Below the pieces are notes generated by a model, which searched no databases, was not told where the DNA came from, and saw only the letters and a program-made list of their open reading frames with translations. Shown here one piece after another: positions 44,536-54,092 of a DNA stretch of 60,994 bases (its first letter is position 1; each line of letters opens with the position of its first letter). The translations under genes and the position numbers were made by a program. This DNA is from Gaiellaceae bacterium (GTDB lineage: Bacteria > Actinomycetota > Thermoleophilia > Gaiellales > Gaiellaceae), in NCBI GenBank assembly GCA_035310325.1, contig DATGEH010000204.1, forward strand, positions 1-60,994, written 5' to 3'.

Positions 44536-45507
44536 TCATGAGGTTTCCGTGCGCGAGCCCGCCGGAGGCCATCCCCGGTGGACGCCCTCGACGAGTGCCT
44601 TGTCCTCGCTGCCGACCTGGGCGTCGAACGCCATCAGCTCGTCGATCCACGCCTGGCTGACGCCCGGCGCGAAGAAGTAGTCGAGGAACCGGTACGTCCG
44701 CTCGGCAGTGACCGGGACGACCGGCCCGATGGAGACATTCGGGTGGCCGGGGAAGATGTTCACGGTCAGGTTGGGCCACAGGAAGTGGAACTGGCTGCGG
44801 GGCAGCTCGCCTTCGATCGTGACGCTGTCGCGGACGAGGCCGCGCTGGCTCGAGAGCGGGCCTTCGGTCGAGAGCGCATACGACTCCGGCGAGACGTCGA
44901 TGATCGCGGAGAAGCCCGGGTGTGCGACCTGGCAGTGGTAGCACTCGAGGAAGTTCTCGCACACGATCTTCCAGTTCGCGTCGATCTCCGCCTCCCAGCG
45001 CGTGTAATGGGTGAGGTCGCCGACGTCGGGACCGAGCTCGGCGACCTGCGCGGGCATCGATCCGAGCGCATCTGCGAGCGGCTCGGCGTCTCTGTCAGCG
45101 TTGACGAACACGAACGGGCCCCACGTGCCGACCGAGACGGGGACGAGACCGAGCTCGTCTTGGTGGAAGTCCTCTTCCTCGTTCGCGCGCGGCGCGGCGC
45201 GCAGCGAGCCGTCGAGCCCGTATGTCCACGCGTGGTACGGGCACTGGATCGTCTCGCGCTTGCCGGCGCCTGCGGCGACCGGGAAGCCACGATGGCGGCA
45301 GACGTTGAGGAATGCGCGTACTTCGTCGTCGCGCGCGCGTGTGACGATGACCGGGGTGCGCCCTGCGCGCGTCGTGAAGAAGGTGCCGGGCTCCGGCAGC
45401 TCGCCAAGGTGCCCGGCGTACTGCCACGCGGAGCGGAAGATCTTCTCCTGCTCGCGTCGTAATACCTCGGGATCGGAGTACCAGCTGTACGGGAGGGTGG
45501 ATTCCAC
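44536..45507 (-). CDS. Rieske [2Fe-2S] aromatic-ring-hydroxylating oxygenase alpha subunit, with C-terminal tail shifted into another frame
   Basis: CRHRG...CPYHAW Rieske motif and ENFLECYHCQVAHP catalytic region. The family-like tail MASGGLAHGNLMSRSEQLIGHFQQL continues in another frame to 44474. Confidence 0.75.
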   Translation of the reverse strand: MESTLPYSWYSDPEVLRREQEKIFRSAWQYAGHLGELPEPGTFFTTRAGRTPVIVTRARDDEVRAFLNVCRHRGFPVAAGAGKRETIQCPYHAWTYGLDGSLRAAPRANEEEDFHQDELGLVPVSVGTWGPFVFVNADRDAEPLADALGSMPAQVAELGPDVGDLTHYTRWEAEIDANWKIVCENFLECYHCQVAHPGFSAIIDVSPESYALSTEGPLSSQRGLVRDSVTIEGELPRSQFHFLWPNLTVNIFPGHPNVSIGPVVPVTAERTYRFLDYFFAPGVSQAWIDELMAFDAQVGSEDKALVEGVHRGWPPAGSRTETS

Positions 45508-45522
45508 GGTAGGAATCTACTC

Positions 45523-46476
45523 GTGCGCGCGATGGTGCTCGACCGGCCGGGGGAACCGCTGCAGCTGCGGGAGTTGCCCGCGCCTACGCCGTCCGAAGGA
45601 CAGGTGCTGCTGCGCGTGCGCGCCTGTGCGATCTGCCGCACCGACCTGCACGTCGTCGACGGCGAGCTGCCGCATCCGAAGCTGCCGCTCGTTCCCGGCC
45701 ACCAGATCGTGGGGGAGAGCCACGACGGCCGCCGGCTCGGTGTGCCGTGGCTCGGCTCGACCGACGGCACGTGCCGCTACTGCACGACCGGACGCGAGAA
45801 CCTCTGCGACAACGCGCGCTTCACGGGCTACGACCTCGACGGCGGCTACGCCGAGTACGTCGTCGCCGACGAGCGCTTCTGCTTCGAGCTTCCCGACGGG
45901 TACGACGACGTACAGGCGGCACCGCTGCTCTGCGCCGGCCTGATCGGCTATCGCTCGCTCCGCTTCACGGGGGACGCGGAGCGTCTCGGGCTGTACGGCT
46001 TCGGCGCGTCCGCACACATCGTCGCGCAGGTGGCGCGCCATCAGGGCCGACGCCTGTTCGGCTTCGCGCGCCCGGGAGACGACGCGGCGCGCGCGTTTGC
46101 GCTCGAGCTCGGCTGCGAATGGGCGGGTTGGTCCGACGAGCTGCCGCCGGAGCAGATCGACGCGGCGATCGTGTTCGCGCCCGTCGGTGCCCTCGTCCCC
46201 GCGGCGTTGCGCGCGCTCGCGAAGGGCGGCGTCGTGGTGTGCGCAGGAATCCACATGACCGACATCCCGGGCTTCCCGTACGAGCTTCTGTGGGAGGAGC
46301 GGGTCGTGCGCTCGGTGGCGAACCTCACACGTCGCGACGGCGACGAGTTCCTCGCGCTCGCGCCGCAGGTGCCGGTCCGGACCGAAGTGGAGGTCTTCGA
46401 CCTCGAGCAGGCGAACGACGCGCTCGACCGCCTCCGCGCGGGTGACGTTCGCGGCTCGGCCGTACTGCGCTTGTAG
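45523..46476 (+). CDS. Zinc-dependent alcohol dehydrogenase (MDR family)
   Basis: CAICRTDLHVV, VPGHQIVG and the structural-zinc Cys cluster CRYCTTGRENLC. 317 aa. Confidence 0.85.
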   Translation: MRAMVLDRPGEPLQLRELPAPTPSEGQVLLRVRACAICRTDLHVVDGELPHPKLPLVPGHQIVGESHDGRRLGVPWLGSTDGTCRYCTTGRENLCDNARFTGYDLDGGYAEYVVADERFCFELPDGYDDVQAAPLLCAGLIGYRSLRFTGDAERLGLYGFGASAHIVAQVARHQGRRLFGFARPGDDAARAFALELGCEWAGWSDELPPEQIDAAIVFAPVGALVPAALRALAKGGVVVCAGIHMTDIPGFPYELLWEERVVRSVANLTRRDGDEFLALAPQVPVRTEVEVFDLEQANDALDRLRAGDVRGSAVLRL

Positions 46477-46548
46477 GCTCTCGCCATCGCCACTCCTCCC
46501 TTCGAGAGCTTCTTCGCCTACCGCCGCTTCTTCTCGGTCGCGCAGCTC

Positions 46549-48288
46549 ATGCCCGACGGCGAGAGCGTCCTCTTCTCGACCAACCGATCCGGCCAGTTCA
46601 ACCTCTGGCGCGTCGGCGTCGAGGGCGGCGAACCCGAGCAGCTGACGCACTTCACCGACAACTCGGTGCGCGGGGTCGCCGTGCGGACCGACGGCGCCAT
46701 CCTCGTCCAGGCCGACCGCGACGGCGACGAGTTCCACCAGCTCTATCTGCTCCCCGCCGGCGGCGGCGAGCTCGAGCAGCTCACCGACCGCGAACAGGTC
46801 CAGCACGAGATCTCCGGCGGCGCGTGGGCCAAGGACGGAAAGAACTTCGTCTTCTCGGCCAACCTGCGGAAGCCCACCGACGGCGAGGTCTTCCTCTGGG
46901 ACGGAAGCGCGGCCGAGCCGCGCTATCTCTTCGGCGAGGGGAAGTACGCGTTCGCCATGGGCTTCTCGCCCGACGGCTCGACCGTGCTGGCGATCGACGC
47001 GCGCTCGAACACCGACTTCTCGCTCCACACGATCGACGTCGAGTCCGGCGACGCGACCGAGCTGACGCCGCACGACGGAGAGGCGAAGTACTTCCCCGGC
47101 CCGTGGGCGGCGGACGGCTCCGGTGTCTACGTTCTCACCGACGAGGGGCGCGAGTTCACCGGCCTTGCGTTCAAGCCGCTCGACGGCCCGCTCGAGTGGA
47201 TCGAAACGCCGGGGCGCGAGATCGAGGAGATCGCCGGCTCGAAGGACGGTCGCGTCGTCGCCTGGGTCGAGAACGACGACGGCTGGGCCGTTCTCCGCAT
47301 TCGGGACGTCGAATGCAACGTCGACCTGCCGGCGCCGAAGTTGCCGAAGGGCACGACGTCGTACCTCGGCTCCGGCATCTCCGTCTCGGCCGACGGCTCA
47401 CGCGTCGCGCTCGTCTGGGATCAGCCGACACGCCCCGCCGAAGTCTTCGTCGTCGAGACGGCGACGGGGGACGCGCGCGCGGTCACCGAGAGCAGGGAGC
47501 CGGCGCTCACCGAGCTCGACCTGCAGGCGCCCGACCTCATCCGTTACGAGAGCTTCGACGGCCGCATGATCCCGGCGTGGCTGTACAGGCCGGCCGGCAA
47601 CGGCCGTTCGCCGTTCGCCGTTCTCATCCACGGCGGCCCGGAGTCGCAGGAGAAGACGATGTACCGCCCGTACATCCAGTACCTGCTCTCCCGCGGGATC
47701 GGCGTGCTCGCGACCAACATCCGCGGCTCCACCGGGTACGGCAAGACATACCAGAAGCTCATCCACCACGACTGGGGAGGCGGCGACCTCGAGGACTGGC
47801 GTCACGCGGCCGAGTGGCTGAAGGCGCAGCCGTTCGTCGACGGCGACCGGCTTGCCGTCTTCGGCGGCTCGTACGGGGGATTCGCGACGCTCACCTGCGT
47901 CACGCGGCTGCCGGAGTACTGGCGCGCGGCCGTCGACATCTTCGGCCCTTCGAACCTCGTGACGTTCGCGCGCGCCGTGCCGCCGCAGTGGCTGCGCTTC
48001 ATGGCGCAATGGGTCGGAGACGCCGAGACGGAGCAGGACTTCCTGCTCGAGCGCTCGCCGATCACGTACGTCGACCAGGTGCGCGCGCCGCTGCTCGTCA
48101 TCCAGGGCGCCAAGGACCCGCGCGTCGTCAAGCCCGAGTCTGACCAGATGGTCGAGCGGCTCCGCGAGCTCGGCCGCGACGTCGAATACGTCGTCTTCGA
48201 CGACGAAGGCCACGGCTTCACGCGCTACCCGAACGAGGTCCGGGCGTACCGGCTGACGTGCGAGTGGCTCGAGCGAAATCTTTCCTAG
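46549..48288 (+). CDS. S9-family serine peptidase (acylaminoacyl-peptidase / prolyl oligopeptidase type)
   Basis: Beta-propeller N-half, GGSYGG nucleophile motif, C-terminal DDEGHGF. Family-like residues continue in frame upstream to 46477 without a canonical start. Confidence 0.8.
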   Translation: MPDGESVLFSTNRSGQFNLWRVGVEGGEPEQLTHFTDNSVRGVAVRTDGAILVQADRDGDEFHQLYLLPAGGGELEQLTDREQVQHEISGGAWAKDGKNFVFSANLRKPTDGEVFLWDGSAAEPRYLFGEGKYAFAMGFSPDGSTVLAIDARSNTDFSLHTIDVESGDATELTPHDGEAKYFPGPWAADGSGVYVLTDEGREFTGLAFKPLDGPLEWIETPGREIEEIAGSKDGRVVAWVENDDGWAVLRIRDVECNVDLPAPKLPKGTTSYLGSGISVSADGSRVALVWDQPTRPAEVFVVETATGDARAVTESREPALTELDLQAPDLIRYESFDGRMIPAWLYRPAGNGRSPFAVLIHGGPESQEKTMYRPYIQYLLSRGIGVLATNIRGSTGYGKTYQKLIHHDWGGGDLEDWRHAAEWLKAQPFVDGDRLAVFGGSYGGFATLTCVTRLPEYWRAAVDIFGPSNLVTFARAVPPQWLRFMAQWVGDAETEQDFLLERSPITYVDQVRAPLLVIQGAKDPRVVKPESDQMVERLRELGRDVEYVVFDDEGHGFTRYPNEVRAYRLTCEWLERNLS

Positions 48289-49253
48289 CCGCGCACAAGC
48301 GGCTCGTCGCCGCGGCGCAGCTCGCCATCCTCGTCGTCTTCCTCGGCTCGGTCGGCTGGGCCGTGCGCGGGTCGTTCCACGCCGCCGGCAGGGACCTGCG
48401 GGACGCCGATCCGTGGTACTTCGTCTTCGCCTGCCTCGCGGTCGCCGCGTACTACCTCGTCTTCGTCGTCGGCTGGATCTGGATCCTGCGCGAGTGGGGC
48501 TACGAGGTGTCGTATCCGGGTGCGCTGCGCGCCGAGATGGTGTCGATGCTCGCGAAGTACGTTCCCGGCGGCGTATGGACGCCGGCTGCGCGGGTCGTCG
48601 CGATGCGGCGTGTGGGCGTCACCGACGGCGCACTCGTCACCGCGGCGATGCTGCTCGAGGCGGGGCTGTCGGCGGTGTCGGGCGTCATCGTGCTCGTGAT
48701 CTCGCTCGCGTGGGTGAGCGGCGTCGACGCGCCGATCGCGCCGCTCGTCGCGTTCGGCGTGGTCATCGCGGTGCTCGTGCAACCGCGCGTGTTTCGGCCG
48801 CTGTCGTCGCGGATCTTGCGGCGCTTTGGTCGCGACGCGCTGCCGCCGGTGCGGGGGCGGACGATGGCGATGCTGCTCACGTTCTACTGCGGGACATGGG
48901 TTGTCGGCGGCACCGGCCTGTGGCTGCTGCTGCGCTCGGTGCACGCGCATCCGCGCGTGTCGACGATCGTGTTCCTCGGCGGGACTGCGGCAGCCGGAGC
49001 GATCGTTGCCGTGCTCGCGGTGTTCGCGCCGTCGGGTCTCGGCGCGAGGGAGGCGTCGATGTACGGGATGATCCTCGCCATCGCGCCGCAGGGCGCGGCG
49101 CTGGGCGCAACTGTGCTGAACCGCGTCGCGATCACGCTCGTCGAGGCGCTGCTGTTCGCGATCGGCTCGCTTGTCCTGCGTCAGGTGAGCGTGCGGCCGA
49201 CCGCCTCGCGCCAGCCGGCGACGAGCGCGGACACGTCGGCGCCCGGCTCATAG
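48258..49253 (+). CDS. Lysylphosphatidylglycerol-synthase-TM-region / flippase-like membrane protein (UPF0104)
   Basis: Polytopic, 331 aa, with an MLAKYVPGGVWTPAAR-type motif. The start is uncertain (GTG at 48258 or 48264). Confidence 0.6.
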   Translation: MRVARAKSFLAAHKRLVAAAQLAILVVFLGSVGWAVRGSFHAAGRDLRDADPWYFVFACLAVAAYYLVFVVGWIWILREWGYEVSYPGALRAEMVSMLAKYVPGGVWTPAARVVAMRRVGVTDGALVTAAMLLEAGLSAVSGVIVLVISLAWVSGVDAPIAPLVAFGVVIAVLVQPRVFRPLSSRILRRFGRDALPPVRGRTMAMLLTFYCGTWVVGGTGLWLLLRSVHAHPRVSTIVFLGGTAAAGAIVAVLAVFAPSGLGAREASMYGMILAIAPQGAALGATVLNRVAITLVEALLFAIGSLVLRQVSVRPTASRQPATSADTSAPGS

Positions 49254-50539
49254 CGCGCGGCCGGAGCTCGGGGCGGAGCATCGGGGCGGATGAGGGCGGC
49301 CGCGCCGAGCGCCGTCATCTCCCGCTCGGCCGCCACTTCGACCGGGATCTGCAGCGCGTCGGCGAGGAACTGCATGAGGAAGCCGTTCGCGGTCGCTCCG
49401 CCGTCCGCGCCGAGCACTGCGGGCCGGTTGGGTAGCGCGTCCACGACGTCGAGCACCTGGTAGGCGATCGACTCGAGCGCGGCGCGGACGAGGTGCTCGC
49501 GCCGCGTCCCGGTCGACAGGCCGGAGACGAGCCCGCGCGCGTCCGGCGCCCAGTGCGGCGAGCCGAGGCCTGTCAGGGCGGGGACGAAGTAGACGCCTTC
49601 CGTCGAGTCGACCGAGCGGGCGAGCGCCTCGCTGTCGGCGGCATCGCCGAAGAGGCCCAGCTTGTCGCGCAGCCACTGGAGCGCCGCGCCGGCGACGAAC
49701 ACCGATCCCTCGAGCGCGTACCCGCCGCCCGCGGCCGCGGTGCGCACGAGGCCGTGGGGCGGCGGGGAGCAGTCGTCACCGGTGCCGACGAGCAGGAACG
49801 CGCCGGTGCCGAGCGTGACCTTCGCGCCGCCGTGCGCGAAGAGCGCGGCCTGCTGGTCGCCGGCGAGCGCTGCGACCGGCACGGTTGCCCCGAGTAATTT
49901 GCCCTCGCCGTACGCATGCGCGGATGGGTGCACCTCGGGCAGGAGCGCCGCGTCGACGCCGAAGACTGCGAGCAGCTCGTCGTCCCAGCGGAGCGTTGCG
50001 AGATCGAGCAGGAGCGTGCGCGACGCGTTCGTCGCATCGGTCGCGTGCACCGCGCCGTTCGTCAGCTTCCAGAGCAGCCACGTGTCGACCGTCCCGAAGG
50101 CGAGCCCGTTCCGCCGGCCGTTCTCGCGCAGGATCCACTCGAGCTTCGTCGCGGAGAAGTACGGGTCGCACGTCAGTCCGGTGCGATTGCGGATCAGGTC
50201 GGCCGGCAGCTCGCGGCAGCGCTCCGCCGTGCGTCGGTCTTGCCACACGATCGCCGGGTACACCGGCCTGCCGGTGCGCCGGTCCCAGACGAGCGTCGTC
50301 TCGCGCTGGTTCGCGATTCCGAACGCGTCGAGCTCGTGCGGGGCGATGCCTGCAGCGGCCAGCGCGATCTCCGCCGCGCGCTCGACGCTCGACCACAGCT
50401 CCTCCGGATCCTGTTCGACCCAGCCCGGCCGCGGCGTCCGCAGCGAGACCCCGACATAGCCGCGGCCGTGCACGACGAGCTCGTCGTCGACGACGAGGCA
50501 CGTCGTTCCGGTCGTTCCCTGGTCGGCTGCGAGGAGCAT
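49181..50539 (-). CDS. glpK: Glycerol kinase (FGGY family)
   Basis: AADQGTTGT, IVWQDRRTA, DPYFSATKLEW. 452 aa, somewhat short for the family. Confidence 0.75.
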   Translation of the reverse strand: MLLAADQGTTGTTCLVVDDELVVHGRGYVGVSLRTPRPGWVEQDPEELWSSVERAAEIALAAAGIAPHELDAFGIANQRETTLVWDRRTGRPVYPAIVWQDRRTAERCRELPADLIRNRTGLTCDPYFSATKLEWILRENGRRNGLAFGTVDTWLLWKLTNGAVHATDATNASRTLLLDLATLRWDDELLAVFGVDAALLPEVHPSAHAYGEGKLLGATVPVAALAGDQQAALFAHGGAKVTLGTGAFLLVGTGDDCSPPPHGLVRTAAAGGGYALEGSVFVAGAALQWLRDKLGLFGDAADSEALARSVDSTEGVYFVPALTGLGSPHWAPDARGLVSGLSTGTRREHLVRAALESIAYQVLDVVDALPNRPAVLGADGGATANGFLMQFLADALQIPVEVAAEREMTALGAAALIRPDAPPRAPAARYEPGADVSALVAGWREAVGRTLT

Positions 50540-50610
50540 GCTTGACAGCGGAGACTCGCATGTGAAAGGGTGACCGAGTCAAACCCGGTGGCTCTTCGGA
50601 GCGGCCGGGT

Positions 50611-51036
50611 TTGGCGTTTAATGGGGTTGTGGCGGAGCGCCCCGAAGTCCTTTTCGTGTGTGTGCACAACGCGGGGCGCAGCCAGATGGCGGCCGGCCTG
50701 CTCAAGCTGCGCTCGCATGGCGCTGTGCTCGTCCGGTCGGCGGGCAGCGCGCCCGCGGAGGAGATCAACCCGGTTGTCGTCGAGGCGATGGGCGAGCTCG
50801 GCATCGACCTGAGCGAGGAGTTTCCGAAGCCGCTCGCCGACGACGACGTCCGGCATTCGGACGTCGTCATCACGATGGGATGCGGCGACGCGTGTCCGGT
50901 CTATCCCGGCAAGCGGTACGAGGATTGGGATCTCGAGGATCCGGCCGGCAAGGATCTCGACACGGTGCGCAGGATCAGGGACGAGATCGACGCGAAGGTC
51001 CAGCGTCTCGCAGCGGAGCTGTTCACAGCGTCCTGA
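50611..51036 (+). CDS. arsC: Arsenate reductase / LMW phosphotyrosine phosphatase family (thioredoxin-coupled ArsC type)
   Basis: P-loop VCVHNAGRS (CX5R) and downstream Cys residues in ITMGCGDACP. 141 aa. Confidence 0.75.
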   Translation: MAFNGVVAERPEVLFVCVHNAGRSQMAAGLLKLRSHGAVLVRSAGSAPAEEINPVVVEAMGELGIDLSEEFPKPLADDDVRHSDVVITMGCGDACPVYPGKRYEDWDLEDPAGKDLDTVRRIRDEIDAKVQRLAAELFTAS

Positions 51037-51060
51037 CCTGCGCGCCCTACGCTCGAACAG

Positions 51061-51462
51061 ATGATTCCGCTCGCCCTCGCGGTGCTCGCGCTCGTGCCGC
51101 TTCCCGGCATCCGCACGCCGACGGGGAACATCTCGTGCTTCTACGTGCCGGGCGGCAGCTCGCTCCTGTGCGACATCAAGCAGGTGAGCTACCTGAAGCA
51201 GATTCAGCGGCAGTGCATGGCACGTTCGGGCCTCGACTGGCACGGCTTCGCGCTCAACGCGACGCGGAAGGGCGACTTCGTCTGCTCGGGCGGGATCCTC
51301 TACAACTCGAACAAGAACTACCCGAAGTACACGACGCTTCCCTACGGGAAGGCATGGAAGTTCAGCGTGTACACGTGCACGTCGCGCGTCACGGGGCTCA
51401 CGTGCGTCTCGCGCACCGGCCACGGTCTCTTCCTCTCCCGCCAGAGCTGGCGCGGCTGGTAA
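51061..51462 (+). CDS. Hypothetical secreted Cys-rich protein
   Basis: N-terminal signal-like MIPLALAVLALVPLPG, eight Cys, repeated G(L/F)TC motif. 133 aa. Confidence 0.5.
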   Translation: MIPLALAVLALVPLPGIRTPTGNISCFYVPGGSSLLCDIKQVSYLKQIQRQCMARSGLDWHGFALNATRKGDFVCSGGILYNSNKNYPKYTTLPYGKAWKFSVYTCTSRVTGLTCVSRTGHGLFLSRQSWRGW

Positions 51463-52494
51463 TCAGCTGACCGCTACGCGCACGCGCTGTACGGCGTTGT
51501 TGCAGTAGCCGCCCTCGTTCCATGCGCCTTCGTCCGGTTGCGTGCGTCCGCTCGCGTCGGTTGCGCGGCACGACAGAACGTGCTCGCCCGGCGTCGCGTC
51601 CCAGCGGAAGCTCCAGCCGCGCCACGCGAACTCGGACACCGGCTCGGCAAGCGTTGCGTGGCCCCACGTGCGTCCGCCGTCGGTGCTCACCTCGACGTGC
51701 TCGATCGCACCGTGGCCCGACCACGCGCGCCCTTCGAGCATGCACGGTCCGGCGGCGAGCGTTCGCGCCCGCGTGAGGAAGTCGGGGATGCCGGGCGGCA
51801 CGAGCAGGGAGCGCGGAAGCATGCGCGAGACCGGCGTGTCCTCGTCGAGGTGGTAGGCGACCGTCTGCTGCCAGCCGTCGAACGGCGTGTCCGCAACGGT
51901 GATCGAACGGAGCCACTTCACGTGCGTCATCCCGTACCAGCCGGGAACGACGAGCCGGAGCGGGAAGCCGTGCTGTGGCGGAAGCGGCTGGCCGTTGATC
52001 GCATAGACGAGGAGCACTTCGTCGCGCAGCGCGTCGGCGAGCGGGAGCGCGCGCGCATAGTCGTGCTCGACGTCGCCCTGCACGCCCCGGTCGAGCCCGG
52101 TGAAGACGACGTCGACGGCGTCGGAGCTCGCGCCCGCCTCGGCCAGCAGCGGCGCAAGCGGGGTGCCCGTCCACTCCGCGGTGCCGACGGCTTCGAGCAG
52201 CCAGGGCTGGTTCACGACGTGCGGCTCGAGGAACGCACGACCGTTCCCGGCGCACTCGAGCGTGACGGCGAGCGTGCGGGCTGGGCGCGCCTTCAGGTCG
52301 TCGAGCGTGAGCGTGAGCGGCGTCTCGACGAGCCCGTCGATCGCAAGCCGCCATGTGCGCATGTCGACGTGCGGGATGTCGAAGTGGATGAGCAGGTAGT
52401 GGAGCCCGATCGGCGTGATGTCGTGCCGCAGCGCCTCGAGCGGAAGCGCGTGGTTGCGCGCCGCGAGCTGCAGCTCGTCGAGGGTGAGGCCCAC
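51463..52494 (-). CDS. Sulfite-oxidase-family molybdopterin oxidoreductase
   Basis: ECAGNGR Mo-ligand Cys motif, LVVPGWYG and a C-terminal dimerisation domain. 343 aa. Confidence 0.8.
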   Translation of the reverse strand: MGLTLDELQLAARNHALPLEALRHDITPIGLHYLLIHFDIPHVDMRTWRLAIDGLVETPLTLTLDDLKARPARTLAVTLECAGNGRAFLEPHVVNQPWLLEAVGTAEWTGTPLAPLLAEAGASSDAVDVVFTGLDRGVQGDVEHDYARALPLADALRDEVLLVYAINGQPLPPQHGFPLRLVVPGWYGMTHVKWLRSITVADTPFDGWQQTVAYHLDEDTPVSRMLPRSLLVPPGIPDFLTRARTLAAGPCMLEGRAWSGHGAIEHVEVSTDGGRTWGHATLAEPVSEFAWRGWSFRWDATPGEHVLSCRATDASGRTQPDEGAWNEGGYCNNAVQRVRVAVS

Positions 52495-52522
52495 GCGGGG
52501 AGCCTAGAAGACAGCCAAGCCC

Positions 52523-53236
52523 TCAGGTTGGAGTGATCGATCCGAAGACCCCGTGAACCGCAACCTCTGACGCGCCGTGCCAGCGGTGCGGGCCGGCGGC
52601 GAAGAGAAGCGTCGTGCGGGCGCCGCTCTGCCCACCGGTTCCGAAGGCGATGCCCCAGACACCGGGAACGGCCACCGGCAACCGTGCGGCGAGCGTCCAG
52701 CTCCGGCCGTGACGTGCGTACGCATTGATACGGCCGGTGCCGAAGTTCGCTACGAGGAGGTCGCCGCCGAGCCGGCCGAAGCCGCGCGGCGCCAGCGCGA
52801 GACCCCACGGCTCGTCGAGTCGACGCATCGCGCCGACGCGGGCGACGAGCCGCCCGTCGGAGTCGAATTCGTCGACGTAACCGCCGGTGGGTGCGTCGTT
52901 GCCGTTCACCGGCGCGCGCCACGCATACGTCACGAAGACGCGGCCGCCCGTCGCCGCGATGCCGAACGGTGCGTACCACGTCGGGATCGAACGGTCGAGG
53001 AACGCGTGACGGAGGATCCTGCGCCACTTCCCGTCGAAGACGTCGACACGCCCATTGTGGAAGTCGGTGACGTACAGCCTCCCGCCGGCGAGCGCGAGGC
53101 CGCGGAAGACGGCGCCCGAACCCGATGCATCGACAGCCACCTCGGCCTCTGTCGACCAGCCGTGCGGGACGGTCGGCGACCAGCCGCGGATCATCCCGTC
53201 TTCGCAGGTCGCCGCGACGATCGGCGTCGGCGTCAA
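52523..53236 (-). pseudogene. 5-prime-truncated TIGR03118-family (beta-propeller) gene
   Basis: It matches only the C-terminal two-thirds of the family pattern (...EDGMIRGW...YVTDFHNGRVDVFD...PWGLALAP..FG...LLVANFGTGRINAY...GLFGSI-like end). The signal peptide and first ~120-150 aa are absent. Confidence 0.55.
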
Positions 53237-53366
53237 GATCCCGGCGCTGCTCTGGGTCGGAATCGGGCTGAGCCTGTTCGGGGGCGCGCTGCTCGCGGCC
53301 GCGGGGCTGATGTTCGCCGCCCGCTCGCGGAGCTACCGCCGCGTGGGGCGACAGCAGCCTGAAGAG

Positions 53367-53449
53367 AACGGGAGCGACGGCACTCGAACCCGCGTCAGCC
53401 ACTCGAAAGAGAACCGCGTGTAGTGGATGGTCTCGGGCCACGTCGCTCC
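53367..53449 (-). other. tRNA-like remnant (acceptor and T-arm-like ends, no anticodon arm)
   Basis: Minus strand: GGAGCGA...GCGGGTTCGAGTGCCGTCGCTCCC. The 7-8 bp acceptor pairing is intact, but the T-stem has mismatches and no anticodon stem-loop can be drawn. Confidence 0.5.
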
Positions 53450-53459
53450 GCGGGCGAGA

Positions 53460-54092
53460 ATGTCGGCGATGGCGACCGTCGTCGTTCTCGCCGGTGGGCC
53501 TGACCGTCCCGCCGTCATCGATCTGCCGCCTGGCGCGACGGTGATCGCCGCAGACGGCGGGGCCGAGCTGGCAGGGCCTATCGACCTGCTCGTGGGCGAC
53601 CTGGACTCGATCTCGGCGGAGACGCTGGCGGCCGTCGAGCACGTCGAGCGGCACGTAGTGGACAAGGACGCCACCGATCTCGAGCTCGCGCTTGCCGCGG
53701 CACTGCGGCTGCAGCCCGAGCGGATCCTCGTCGTCGGCAGCGCGGGTGGACGCCTCGACCACCTGCTCGGGTCGCTGCTCGTCCTCGCCGCCGATGCGTA
53801 TGCCGAGGTCCAGGTCGACGCGCAGATCGGCGTGGCTGCCGTGCATGTCGTCCGCCGCGGTCGCACGCTGCACGGCGAGCCCGGAGAGTTGATCTCGCTG
53901 TTCGCGGTCCACGGGCCGGCGAGCGGCGTGGTGACGGAGGGTCTCGTCTACCCGCTTCGCGCCGAGACGCTCGAGCCCGGCTCGAGCCGCGGCGTGTCGA
54001 ATGTGTTCGCCGCGCCCGAGGCGCGGATCGAGCTCGAGCGCGGCGTGTTGCTCGCCGTGCGCCCTAGCGGCAGCGCGACGGCAGCAGACTGA
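53460..54092 (+). CDS. thiN: Thiamine pyrophosphokinase
   Basis: GDLDS, DKDATDLELAL, GSAGGRLDH motifs. Start ATG at 53460 or 53469; the track start at 53427 overlaps the tRNA-like remnant. Confidence 0.75.
   Translation: MSAMATVVVLAGGPDRPAVIDLPPGATVIAADGGAELAGPIDLLVGDLDSISAETLAAVEHVERHVVDKDATDLELALAAALRLQPERILVVGSAGGRLDHLLGSLLVLAADAYAEVQVDAQIGVAAVHVVRRGRTLHGEPGELISLFAVHGPASGVVTEGLVYPLRAETLEPGSSRGVSNVFAAPEARIELERGVLLAVRPSGSATAAD

Noticed and set aside
50540-50612. Regulatory RNA element (hairpin AAACCCGG...CCGGGTTT) in the glpK/arsC divergent region
   Set aside because: It is a single short hairpin with no recognisable riboswitch core. The nearby TTGACA lacks a matching -10 element at proper spacing. 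It cannot be supported beyond a generic 5-prime UTR stem.
53367-53449. Functional tRNA, possibly tRNA-Sec (an 8-bp acceptor GGAGCGAC/GTCGCTCC is possible, and selD is in the window)
   Set aside because: No anticodon stem-loop with a 7-nt loop can be formed, and there is no UCA loop. The T-stem has mismatches (GAGTGCCG instead of GAGTCCCG) and the D-arm is atypical. It is treated as a pseudo-tRNA or remnant.
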